DNA of 63,728 bases, the filler included, from Folioceros fuciformis (lineage: Eukaryota), in NCBI GenBank assembly GCA_049999805.1. It is 8 parts of 8 records of this genome, joined end to end, with 100 filler letters (N's around TTAATTAATTAA, not from the genome) between each part and the next. Parts side by side here need not be neighbours in the genome. Positions count along the whole stretch, not along the records: positions 3,805 to 27,490 come from JBNGIO010005654.1; 7 more parts are not named here. One strand, 5' to 3'. Numbering within the stretch: position 1 is the first letter of the stretch; every line of letters starts with the position of its first letter. Positions 11,301 to 22,698 of this stretch are shown one piece after another. The translations under genes and the position numbers were made by a program. The notes beneath the pieces were generated by a model. That model was not told where the DNA came from. It searched no databases and saw nothing but the letters and a program-made list of their open reading frames with translations.

Positions 11301-11709
11301 CGCCAGGCATGAAATTGCTAAGAGGATTTTGGCCAAAGCTCAAAACAGGCAAAAGAAGTTTGCTGATAGGCACAAGAAAGAGGCAGAATTTCAAGTGGGT
11401 GACAAGGTTTGGGTAAAGTTGAAACACTTCCCAGTACCTCAAGGATTGTCCCCAAAGTTAAGGCCTAAGTATGGAGGTCCTTTCGTAGTTCTAAAGCGCA
11501 TTGGGAATGTGGCTTACAAACTACAACTGCCTAATTGGATCTTCTCTCATGATGTGTTTCATGTCTCTTTGCTGAAACCGTTTGTGATTTCGAAAGAGAA
11601 TGACGACATGAACAGATCTTGTCTGGGTTTCACTTCAAGATGTGCAACAAGGATCATGGATGATCTCACGTTATACTGCAGGTCATTGAGGACAATGACA
11701 TCTTCCTAG
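8356..11709 (+). CDS. Gypsy Pol (PR-RT-RNase H-INT), in frame with gag
   Basis: LLDLAATHNF protease, YLDD RT, TDASD RNase H, HHCC zinc finger, ISMDF..SDRD..E integrase, YGGPF; frame open from 8356, first ATG at 8443. Confidence 0.95.
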   Translation, partial: RDWPHVAQATCGDSQDAEDSIIHRAGGELMYIEGCVNREEAKMLLDLAATHNFISPGRASKLGLTWASILEPCTVKQAKGKLQFLGQLEKVPLQIGNWTGQASFTVVDMDDHEIILGLEWMKANKVCVDVDSRTIQIVGDEKHKVSCAVLEHQLGHKIDEVISKKELKRCVKNGEELYLLVLQGLEDGLEMESQKQPKIPKEIQDVLDEFKDLMPTELPPLPQRRVVDHEIDLKPGSVPPSIAPYRLSLDELQELKRQMSNLLAKGYVRVSKSLFGAPVLFTRKKNGGLRLCLDYRALNQITVKNSYPLPRMDDMFDRLKGAKYFTRLDLMAGYYQIRIAEGHEYKTACRTRYGSFEFLVMPFGLTNAPATFQTLMNSIFRDLLDECVVIYLDDILIFSSTLEEHVQHLRKVLERLRANSLFLAITKCDFVKEEIDFLGFIVSADGIRMDPGKVKAIQSWLPPSNVHEVRMFLGLASVYRRFVPMFAKIAAPLTDLLKKVKTWKWDEECQRAFEFLKLKLSTTPVLAIYDPKKYIEVYTDASDTAIGGVLMQEGRPVAYESRKLHEHERKYPTYEKEMTAVINCLKIWRHYLLGRSFVLYTDNVSTSFFSNQLRLNARQARWQDFLAMYDVEIKYKPGKENLVADALSRKQELSLMSVFKLKNPKLATTRMVIEPRDTHTQIKEAYLHDPLVQDWINEMEQPGSKFKLRNGLLMFKQNRIVIPDSQELRKKLLAECHDVLSAGHRGIDTTYEKLKKLFYWPGMYKHTVEYVKSCVDCQQDKVEQTNPRGLLQPLPIPSGPWKSISMDFVMPLPPSNGYTAIMTVVDRFSKQAHFISTKKQVKALEVAQLFKKHIYVLHGLPMQIVSDRDPRFTAEIWQQLMKSLGVQLCLSTAYHPDTDGSTERVNRIQEEYLRHYVQMDQRNWSNHLEDAEFCYNNTVHSSTGYTPFQMTGNEAMDAVSMLNADVFETAAREPREFIEQLSARHEIAKRILAKAQNRQKKFADRHKKEAEFQVGDKVWVKLKHFPVPQGLSPKLRPKYGGPFVVLKRIGNVAYKLQLPNWIFSHDVFHVSLLKPFVISKENDDMNRSCLGFTSRCATRIMDDLTLYCRSLRTMTSS

Positions 11710-11719
11710 TGGGGAAGAG

Positions 11720-12308
11720 AGTAATGGCATAAGTGAAATAAGGTGAAAGTTAAAAGTAGAAAGGTGAAAGCTAAATCTAGAGCTGTCTTGATGAAGAAGC
11801 AAGTATGCTTCTTACTGCCTTTGGAAACAAAATGTGTGTTCCAGGCAAAACCTCCTAAGAAGGATGGAGTTGTAATGACCACTAGTATTCTAGGATGAGT
11901 GGTGTGTATCATTCCCAGTTTTAGCAGTGGCTTAGCTGTGGAGTATAAATAGGCCAGTGTTAAGGTCTTAAGGATACGGTGATACACTGATACACAAAGA
12001 GGCAGACAGTGAGAAGTCTAGCCTGGAGGCATAGCTGTGGAGGGCTTGAAGAGCAAGCTTGTCAGATAGAGTCGAGGGCAGTAGCCAGTGGGGCGTAGAT
12101 CGCCAGACTCTTTGTAAGTATCTGGAATAAAGAGCAGCACCTAGAGGAGGTGGTCTGCGAGTCGTCAGTGGACGGCGGGCTACTTGGAGCCTAGTGCTGA
12201 GTCGTGTGAGAGGGAGTGAGTGAATTGCAAGTGGAGCGCTGCGGAGTGTTTAGACGAGATTCGAGGCCGTTGCTTCCTTTTACGCTGCGTAAGGAAGGGG
12301 GCGTTACT
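11720..12308 (+). repeat. 3' LTR of gypsy element
   Basis: Follows PPT AGTGGGGAAGAG; followed by CCACC. Confidence 0.95.
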
Positions 12309-12945
12309 CCACCACCCTATATGAAACGGTGCGGCCGATCATGGAAAGACTGGCCGGAGCAAGCGTGCCAGGACCGACCTGTCACCGTGACAGTGTGTGA
12401 ATCCAGCCTAAGTACACACTGTCAGGCGTCTGACACCTCCAGACCTATGAATTTTGCGTAGGCTAGGCAGACGGCGTACAGAGGATTGGGTGCACCTTCC
12501 TCGCAGGCGTGCACGACTTGCTTCAGTAGAGCCAGCCTGCTGGAAATGTGTGGGATCAAATGCGGTCGCGCTCCAGGTAGTTAATCGAACGAGTGGAGAT
12601 TTGAGATTAGATTACGTAGAGTATCTAATTAGGTGGTCAATGCCAATATAATTTGTCTTAGGCCACCATTGGTGTTCATGAGGTCTCGTGCCGAGGTGAG
12701 AGTGTCGAAGACGAGCTTTGCCTGATGATTTGCTGAGACTATAAGCCAAGTTCACTTCTGTAGGAACATCTGAGAGCTTGACGACGGATGTCCCATAGAT
12801 CAATAAAACCTATTGACAAGATTCAAAGCCGAAGCACCAAAGTGTATGGAAACACTTGGTTTCTGTGCAATTCAAAGGTGGACATAAGAGATTCTGTCCT
12901 TCCTGACCAGCAGCTCGGCAGCTACGAATAGATCACAGACTAAGC

Positions 12946-15220
12946 CTAACCAGCTGCGATGTGGGTTGGCGGCTCACAGGACCGCCCGACAAGACGATGA
13001 ACCAGTATAGGAAAGCCTGCTTTGGGACGAGGCGCTGGCCAATTCTGCACACCCCGCACTGATCCGATACGCTCCCATCTGATCATGAGTGAATACAGAC
13101 CATTGAGAGAACCATGCGGGAATGGACACAATTTACGAAATCTTGGGAAGAAGGGTGTTCACCTAAAAGTGGTCACCATATAGTGGATGAAGATGAGGGC
13201 TTCCAGCATCGCCAGCTTGTTTCCCAAACAGTAGCGAGAGCCTCCCCCGAACGGGATGAAGGTGTACTGCTTGGTATTATGGAGAAACCGATCCGGGTCG
13301 AACTTGGTGGGGTTGGGGTACAGCTCGGGATCCATGTGCACATTTCTGTAGGTGCAGAATATCTGCCAGTCTTTGGGAAACACTTGTCCTGCACGTCGCA
13401 CATTCGATTAGAGTTGGATGTGATGAGCAAGAGTGGGAGATGCATGAAAGTTGACAAGCTGTGATAGTATTGAGCTGGGAAGGTGGAGCATTGCTTATTA
13501 CCCTTGTACTCAATGTCATGAAGAGCGACCCTGGGAGATAGGGGAACTGGATTCCCAAGACGGAGTGTCTCCTGAAGCACCTGCAAACCAGGAAACAAGC
13601 AGGTAGAAGGCCATCGAAAATTCAGAACCTTGGACGAGCAGAAGCTGGTGGACCTGCTACAGGAGTGATGTCGGTAGGGGAGCGTTACGTACACGATACG
13701 TTATTGGCATCCGCTTTGTGTCTTCCCATGTAAGGGGTTCCTGCGGCGAGCCCTTGCTTGCTCTGACTCCATCCTGCTCATCCTGCAATTTTGAAGCCTC
13801 ACCACATTAAGCACTGCATGAGCTGCATACGAGTTTGATGTCACTACTTAACCATTCCAAGTTGCAGTTAGTAACACGCTGATCAGCACCTTGACTTGAT
13901 GAAGAATGTCCGGGTTCTCCGTCAAGAATTTCACGGCCCAAGCGATAAAGCTTGAAGTCGATTCATGCCCGGCGAGAAGCATGATGAACATTGAGATTCG
14001 AATCTCCTGGTCGGAAAAGTGCTGTTCGTTTTCACGTCTGTTCTGTGCCAAAAAGGACTCGAGGACGTCGTTCTCCTGGACCCCAGCGTCACATTGGCCC
14101 CTCATCGTTCTACGCTTGTCTATGATTTTCTGCATTTCTTTCACGATTTCCACCTTCGCCTACAAGCATCAGATCAAACGGGAGTGTGGATGAACACTGT
14201 GGCATGGCGAGCTCAAGGACAGCACAGAGGCAAAAAATTAAACTGAACGTTCAACTTGACCCAGCAAGATGTAGAGAACTTTGGACACGGGAATGAACAA
14301 GCTGCACGTACCTTCAAAGCCTTGTGGAATGAGAAGCCCGGAAGGTTGATGGGCATGCTTGTGAGACCTTGGGCCAGGACGGAGTACAACTCCTTCAGCC
14401 GCACTGTCATCTTGCTGGGCTGGACACTGCAGGTGGCAGATAACGCAACGTGGAGGCTGTACTGCAGGACGACAAATTTCACAGACCCAAAAGTAAAATC
14501 AGCTGTGCACATATCACACGTCTGGAGCAATAATCACACCATGTCAGCAAGAAAAACCAGGCTGTGCATCCAACTGGTACCAACCTTACTCGTCTCCTGA
14601 TGCAAGATGACTGGCCCAACAGAGTCAGTCCACGCATTAATAGTCCATCGAGCCAGATAATCAAAGCTCCCCTCCACCTTGGCCTTGAGCGACTGAGGCA
14701 GCAGCGGAGGTACCAGCACATTCCTCATTTGCACATGGAACTCTCCCTCCCAAGGAGACGTCCCGTTCAGAATGGTGTCCATGGACTTGGGGTAGCTCGG
14801 AGAGAAGAGATGCGGATGCGTTTGAAGCACGAATCTGAGCGTCTCCGGATCCGACGTCATGATGGTGGGCGTGCCGAACAGGTTGGTAAGAAACGTTCTC
14901 CCATACCTAGCAAACATACAAGACAGCACTACAATCTGCTAAATTGAACAAAAGCAAGACCACCATCACGTCCCCGTGCGCACTCTGACAGCGTAATTCA
15001 ATGGGACTTACCGAGTTCGCTGCAAGTCCCAAAACTTCTGGGGGTCGAGCACAAAGGCCAATCCATCACCAACCAAAGGAAGCCAACAGTACCACCTCGT
15101 GCAAGGAGTTTGGGGGGAGTTTCGAGCATACAGGGTCCAGTACCATCGCAGCCGGACATAGAGACACGGCAGAAGGAACAAGAGTGGAAGCAGCACAACG
15201 CCCACAACAATGCCTTGCAT
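12946..15220 (-). CDS. Cytochrome P450, CYP85-clan-like, about 8 exons
   Basis: N-terminal membrane anchor, WLPLVG, RYGRTFLTNLFGTPT, AGHESTS I-helix, ETLR, PDRF, FGGGSRYCLG heme motif; GT-AG introns. Confidence 0.93.
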
Positions 15221-15339
15221 GTCAGCCGCTGGGATATGATCTCATCTAATTCACTAATCACAGGACAACCATGACATATACAATCACTAACCAACTCTAA
15301 TGCACAAAGTTCAAGTTCATTCACAAATGTTGTCTCAGC

Positions 15340-15640
15340 AGCAGCTCTCTAGACATATATAGACATGAATATCGCTAATGTCTTGATATACTTGAAATCA
15401 GTTTCGATCGTGTCAATACTTATGTACTTTTTATATTAGTTTTACAGCAGAAAACAATCCCCACTCACCCTACTCCAAGTGGAACAGCTCTCTAGATATA
15501 TAGACATCAATGTTGCTAACATTTCGATATACTTGAAATTTAGATCACATTTCGATCACGTCAATATATACATAAATTTTAGATTAATTTTTATCACACA
15601 AAACGATCCCCACTCATGGAGACTCTGAGGGGAACAGCTT
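15340..15640. repeat. ~145-bp diverged tandem duplication upstream of the P450
   Basis: CAGCTCTCTAGA..TATAGACAT..GATATACTTGAAAT..TTTCGATC..ATCCCCACTCA occurs twice. Confidence 0.8.
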
Positions 15641-16139
15641 ATGCATATGTAGATGATTCAAAGTACACATCATAGTAAAAAGTAACAAGTCAAACTCTAG
15701 AACATTTAAAGACCTAGAATCTTTTGGATGGAGTTCTTAGACAATAAGAGTATGGATCTTTTCTACTGAATTCCTTGGATTCCTCAGTGGAACAATATTA
15801 TACTTCTCATTAGCTTAAGCATAGTCTAAAGGACTGCGAGGCTCATTTGTCTCTCCAAGCCAGCAACTTGTCCAAAGAGTTCCCAACCTCCCAAGTGGCC
15901 GAAATACACATTTTGACTGGAGAAAAGTTTCAATGAATCCATATGATTTGATAATCATCTTCAACAAGTTGCCAAGGGAAGGACCAATGTTGCTTGACTC
16001 TTCAAAAGGAAATGCTTTTGCTCTTGATCCATGCAAATCCTGTGCGCCATTGATCCATTGCACCGTCTTACCTTGGCTCTCAATGCGCTCAAGAATTTGA
16101 TAGCTTCATTGTTAAATTGCACAAATCAACCGCTGTCTT

Positions 16140-16410
16140 ATGGGTTCGTCTCGTCACTCAAGAACTTGCCACAAGTGTTTGATTTGATCGTAGACACCAT
16201 CTCTTGCTAACATAGCACTATCTCTTGCTAACATAGACACTATCTCTTGCTAACATAAACATAAACGCTATCTCTTGCTAACTTAGATGTATTCATCCAA
16301 AATGATTATCCTGTAGGCTCGTCTCGTTGCTCAAGACTTGCCACAATTGTTTGATTTGATCGTAGACACTATTTCTTGCTAACATAGATGTATTCATCCA
16401 AAATGGTTGT
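16140..16410. repeat. Local duplication with ~22-bp CTATCTCTTGCTAACATAG sub-repeats
   Basis: About 5 copies of TCTTGCTAAC; the block ACTTGCCACAA..TTTGATTTGATCGTAGACAC is repeated. Confidence 0.8.
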
Positions 16411-17885
16411 CACTTAATGATACATACATATTCTACCATAACTCGCACACGAAAGGGAAAGACTAACATGGTGATGATCTTTGACCCAATTATGCCCACC
16501 ATAATATCATATTCTTGAACAAAAATCAGCCAACTTGAGGGGCTATAAAATCTCTCTAACCTTCTAGCATCAAGGATCAACTATTGTTAGTTGGATCAAT
16601 CACACAAGTCAGCGAGTCTAGTTGACTATATTGTTGAGTAGAAAGGACAAGCCAAGGATCTTGCACATTTAGGATGGTGTCCCTGAGTTCCTACCCAGAC
16701 AAAGGGGGGTTATTTTCTATGAAGTAGTACCTAGACAAAGGCATTGCTTGTATATCCTTGAGATTTTCCTCCAAATATCTTTGTGTAATCCCCTGATTTT
16801 CCCCACAGTTTGCACCAATACGAGGCATCATTCAAAGCATATAGATTGCATATCCCAACCAAGCCGTTGAGGGGTTTAGAGATCCAGCCAAATGAACCTA
16901 CCTAACTCATCTTGACCAATTTTCATGATGTTATGAGTTGTGTTTAGAGTGCAGTTTAATGGACACTCCTGCTGTTGTTATTTCCGGCTATTTGTGACAA
17001 TGGCTGCCGGATTTCAATTTCACGTGGTGGGACAAAGCAATTCTTGCCAATTCTTAACAAGTTGGAATTTGCGACCAGCTGCAGCAGCCTGGCTGCTTGA
17101 CTTTGTCTATCCTCGAAACTTCCAATTGCAGGGAAGATCTATGGTGTGAAAGCATTTTCGACATGTACATCACCCTCCGCACAGGATGGACGAGCTCTAC
17201 CATAAGGTGAAAGCATTTTTCACATGTACATCACCTTTCGGTACAGAGAAACCAATCTAAAACATGATTCAAGAATGACGTCGCAGGGAAAATCGCTCCA
17301 AATGTGAGTAGACTCTTAAGCCACCAACTCAATTCGTGATGCTTTCAACATCAAACATTCCAATGGGTGAAATCCCGGGATCAATCCATCAAGACAACAC
17401 AACAGCTGAGAAACGCATCCCGACGCCACCCGAGATCGCGACTTGCGCAACTGGCTCAACTCAGATGAGCTTGATTCAGAATTGTACTCCCCAGGTCCAT
17501 CCAAAACCAGTGACTAAGACACCGTTGGACCTGTAGAGCTTTTATAGGGCACACTCGATTTAGATACAATTCGAAGATGGCCATTACAGACCCTTCCCAA
17601 ACGAGTCCTCTTGCCCACCTGGAAACTCCCAGCACTCCTACCACAGCAACTGCAATTGAGCTTGGAAAGTTAAGAACCCCTCAAGAAGCCGAGATACAAC
17701 AAACCACAATTTCCATGATATTGGTGCCGCCCAACAGCTTCAGGAGCGGAAGCCCACTCAACAACTTCACGATCGGAAGCCCACTCAACAGCTTAAGGAT
17801 CGCTTCTGCTCAGGGGCAACTCCAATCTGCAGATCGCACCGTCCTGGAAATTCCTCCAAAGGACACATTTCCTTGACCTTAAAGA

Positions 17886-20080
17886 TCACAGTTTCTTGAC
17901 GATTTGCACTACATCCTCATCGGCTAGCTCATGTTCCTGCATCAAATTTGCCAACATTTAAGTTCCAAGAACTCCCTGCTCACCGGCAGAGGTTAAAAAA
18001 GAGCAAAAAACTACTGAATCTCACCTTACCAACCCTTTGAGGCTTATGCTTAGCACTGGAGCCCCAGACAAGAGCGCTGGAACAGCCATGGACAACAATA
18101 ATGTCAGCACCCGGGAGGCAACACCTAAAACCTATGAGCAAGACAATTAATTGCACTCAACATCTCAAATTCAAGTTTGCAGTCAACTAAAAGATAAAGC
18201 TTACAATTTAAACTGCTTCACCATATCTTTGTGGATTCGAGTGCAAAAGTCCTCAACCGTGCATTTCTTAGCAGAAAGAATAACTGGATCTTCATAATCT
18301 GGGCTCAAACCACGAGGCTTGGTGTAGACCCGAATCAGGTCAAGATACTCCCAAATCATTTCCAAAAGACCATCGAGATTCCACTCCAAATGAGCACTAT
18401 ACAGAAACAGAACAAGTCCCCGCCTCAGTCACGTCCAGTCCAGCAAGCCAGAAACCTCGAAACAGACATACCGTAAAGCTGCAAGAGGAGAGACGAAATT
18501 GCCAGGAGCGTTTAAAAACACAGAATACCTGACTGGACAGTAGTGAGGCAGTCTGTCAAGTATCTCAAGCTCCTCTAGTGTAATCTGATCAATTTTGTTG
18601 ACTGCATATATGCAAGGCATGTATACTCGATTACCCTCAATAACGTCAATCAGATCATCAGCAGTTGCATCATATCGGAGAGAGATGTCAGCATTGTGAA
18701 TTTTGTATTCTCCACATATAGCCTTCACAGTGTCCAAGTCTAGGTTAGTATTCGCTACTGTTGACGTAAGTGATATGCCTCCCTTGTCTTTTCTCCTGAA
18801 CGTCAAATTAGGTGGTTCTTGATTCAACCTGCACCACGTTGAGTATGATTTAACCACCTATACAAGAAAGAAAGGTCTGACTAACAGCAGCTGCGTGATG
18901 CTGCACCTGACGTAGCACCATTGTGGATGAGGTTAGCAGAGAAATGCTGCGGCGATGCTTACAAGAGTTCACCTGATGCCAAAACCCTCGAGCTCTTTCT
19001 CTATAAGACGTTTATGAGTAATAGGCTTGATGGCATCCAACACTATCAAAATGCAGTTGCAAGTTCGAGCCGTACTGATGACCTGCGCAAACGAACCAAT
19101 TGTTCAAGCATCAATGATCAAAGATGTGCAACATGGACCCATGTCAAGGACTTCTTCTCTCACCTGTCTACCTCGACCCTTGCCATCTTTAGCTCCTTCA
19201 ATAATTCCCGGAAGGTCTAATAGCTGCAAAGACATTCAGAGGCAACTAGGGTTCACAAGCTAAGACGGAAAGCAAAATTTCAGTATTAGGAGAAAGATGA
19301 CAAGCCATGCTGAACCCAACCTGAATTTTAGATCCTCGGTACTTTATAACACCTGGGACACACGTCAGAGTTGTAAACTCATAGGCCGCAACCTGCAAAG
19401 CACAGCTCCAGTCAGCATTCATTATCTTGGACTACAACCCTGCACAAGACGTAACCAGCGCTGAATTGCAGCTAGAATGTAAAATAATGGAAATGCCCAC
19501 ACAGACCTCTGAAAATGTACCCGTCAACTTATTAAGAAGGGTGGACTTGCCAACCGAAGGAAAACCGACAAGGCCAACCCTAGAGTCACCGCTTTTCGTC
19601 ACATCGAACCCTTCTCCTGCTCCGCCACCTCCTTTAGACGACGGAGGGGCTAGGATTTCTCTCCTCAATTTGGCCAGTTTCGCCTGCCATTGTTTGATCC
19701 CCACAAGCAAGTCAGCCAGCCATGTGAATCCGACGTCTCTCTCTCCAGTTCCATTACTGCAGAGATCTCACTTAAGTCTGACAAGATACAAACGTGACAA
19801 AACGTCGTCCACGACTTGGGAATCGCTAATCACCTTCAGAAGACCTAAATGATGAGCTGTGGCCTTGTTTTTCTGCGTCCTTGCCATCTGGGAGGAAAAC
19901 AAAGGATGACAGAATTAAATTTCATCACCTCCAGCTGCGATAGGAGCTGAATTACCATGCAAAATCCTCGCATCATATTGCGAGTTCCTCAGCTCGTAGC
20001 GACTGTCACAAACATAAAATTGCGACTAACCCTTTTACCTCATCCTCAATATCCTTGATTTTCTGCATGACGGTCGCCAT
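17886..20080 (-). CDS. DRG1: Developmentally regulated GTP-binding protein (DRG1 subfamily), multi-exon
   Basis: [69 protein letters not shown] domain ending [11 protein letters not shown]. Confidence 0.95.
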
Positions 20081-20757
20081 GGTCGGTTGACCTTACGCAG
20101 CACACCACCCCGCCCTCCAAAATGCACCAACAAACTCCTGCCCTACACTAAATTTCTCAAACCCCGGTCTGCTCCCCGGACGCTCGATGCTCGGAAGCTA
20201 CCAATTCAGAACCCAGACCGGTAATGACCGAGTCCTGTCCATCAGTGTCCCGGAAATCCAGAACGTCTCCACGAGCCTTCCCCAATCTACGCAACCAAAG
20301 CTTTCCCCTCATGGACCGGCAACCATTCCGCGTCCCACAATCCAGCTGAGATCTGCAGAGGCTCCAAGTAAGTCTCACTCGATAACTCGAGCGCTCGCTC
20401 CGCTGGCCCACTCGCGGTTGGAGTCTCGAGATTGGATAGAAAGGAAATTTAGGTCAACATTTCCCTTCAAACCATGGAGCCTCCAGAAAGCAGAGGACGC
20501 CTTCCATTTAGGGCACGTTGGGAGCGGGTGGTTGTGAGGTTCCATTACGGCCCGGGAAGCGTGCCGGCCATTTCCACCGACGTTTGTGTGAACGCGGGAC
20601 GCGGTGAAGGAAGATCGATGTTGCTCAGATCACAGAATCTATGTAGTGCAGATGCAACTCCATTTCCCCGCTCTTGCTGACACTACCCGATTAATGACTA
20701 CGGCGCCGGATTTGTGAAATTGAAGGATTTGTATGTTTTCCAAGGACATCTGTGGTG

Positions 20758-21817
20758 ATGGATAGTGATGGCAAGGCGGGGCAATCTCGGCGCAGGGTGG
20801 GGTTTCAGGACCCAGAGGACGATGGGGAGGGGGAAGAGCTGGCCCGGTCCTCCTCTGGCATTTCGCTGGAGGCGCAGGAGGCGTTTATGGGACTCAAGGC
20901 TAGACGTCGATCCTCAATAAATCGTCTCGTCAAGGGAGACTACATCAACGTCGGCGCCAACGAAGCTGTCATGCGCCTGCTATTCAAGCACGGTGAGATT
21001 AATACATTTCGGTGAAAGTCATGGTTTCCTCTTGTTCTCTTGTGTGGGGAGAATTACGAAACCTTTTGTCGGAGATCTGGATGCAACAGGCGAGCAGGAC
21101 TGCTGTACATCACCTCTGGTTGGATGTTTGGAATTCGTTGGGCTCGGCTGACAGCCTCGTTTTAACGTTGTGACATCTCCAGGTGACAAGGAAGTGTTAT
21201 TTGCAGACCATGTTGTGAAGATAAATCGCAAGGTCAAGATTACAAGAAGAGTGCTGGTGGTTACCAATGCTGCCGTGTACCTTCTGGATGCAGAGTTCTT
21301 CGGTCTCAGGCGTAGAGTACCTTTGCTGGGTATCGGGAAGCTTTTTCTTAGCGAACTGAATGACAATTTTTTCGCCATCATGATCCCCAGTGAATTTGAC
21401 ACACTGCTGGCAAGTACTCGCAAGACTGAAATTGTGACGGCTCTTGGGGAGGCCATTAAGAAGGTGTCCGGAGGGAAGATGTTGGAGGTTAACTTCGGGA
21501 ACAGGTAGGACATGGTCACAACTGCCGTACGCAATCCTGTCTCTCGGCTATGAATATACATTGAAGAAGCGTCTCTTTTGGCATTGGCAGATTCCAGTAT
21601 GTGGTTGATGCAGAAACTGCTGTTGAATTGGAGTTTGAGGAGACTGAAGGTAAGCGAGGCGGCAGTTCTTTTCTGTTTGCCGTAGCGCTGAATGCTGTCT
21701 TGCTTTCTTTTCCTCAGCAGATACTGTTTCTCTTGTGCAGACCTCGTAATTCGTTTTGTTTAAATCCGTTGTGCAGGTGGAGTGAAAACCAAGTTCACTA
21801 CAAACGTACCAAGATAA
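20758..21817 (+). CDS. Stand-alone myosin-I tail homology 1 (TH1) domain protein, 4 exons
   Basis: FMGLKARRRSSINR..GDYI, GDKEVLFADHVVKINRK..RRVLVVTNAAVY..LSELNDNFF..KTEIV; exons ~20758-20992, 21183-21504, 21591-21649, 21777-21817. Confidence 0.8.
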
Positions 21818-22698
21818 GCTCAACCCTTTCGCAAACCCTTCAAGTCTTCTGCAGACGACTAGTACAGGTACTGCTGGGACCAAGTCCTGAAAATTGCGCT
21901 AGTTGGCGCAATCAGTGCAGACGGGCAGATTGAACTTGGCCCCTTTTGGACGGGTCTCGCAACATTCAGGTTCAATGATCCAACAAACGCTTGGTACATG
22001 GACCTGATGCTACAACAGGAGTGCAACATCTCCATTGTGATCAGGTGGACTTGTTCCCATGCTGCTGGCTTTTCACGCTGACAACTGTCGGCTGCGGTTG
22101 TGGGACGTGCCAGGGCCTTGTAGCTCACTCAAGCAGTGAACTGGATGGTTTGTCTGTTTACCGATTGATTGAAACAGTAGAACTTAACAGAGGGTTTAAC
22201 CCCTAGATGACGAGCCGAAACCGGCCGAAACCCTAAACCCTAGCCGAAAATAATAGATAAGAAGCTTAAGCTAGTATTTTATTGAAGCGTTACATATGGC
22301 GGCCTTGGGCCTAGTCCTTTCGTGACCCCGTTGTCTTTCTAGTTTTTGTTTTTTTTAGGAGATGCATTTATCCATATTGCTTGTATTAATAAAGATTCCA
22401 TTTACTTCCTTTATGTAAATGGATATTCTGATATATTGAAAGTTGAACAAGTAAACGAAGTGGGAGAGGCTAGTAAACGCAAAAGAGATTGGTTAGCCTG
22501 TGGCTTCTTAAGCAACAAGAGAAACCATAGACTGCACTAGGCAAAAAAAAGTAACCTGCGATTAGACCTCGTGATCAAGAGTATTGAAACAACCTACAGC
22601 CGGAGAATTGCTGAGGAAAGATGTCACGGTGTCTTGTGAGGAAAGATGAACCTCTGATCAATTTGACTGTTCTACTAGAATGGTGAATAGGACAGTTG

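Larger units (their letters stand above)
6548..12308 (+). mobile_element. Full-length young Ty3/gypsy LTR retrotransposon (Galadriel-like lineage inferred)
   Basis: 589-bp LTRs at 6548-7136 and 11720-12308, CCACC target-site duplication, PBS 7141-7152, PPT ~11708-11719, gag then PR-RT-RH-INT. Confidence 0.97.

Noticed and set aside
17316-17876. Short ORFs with a 27-bp triple repeat downstream of DRG1
   Set aside because: No recognisable domain or consistent exon structure; may be UTR or a decayed fragment
22225-22245. AAACCCTAAACCCTAG telomere-like motif
   Set aside because: Only two units; a telo-box or TE remnant, not an interstitial telomere
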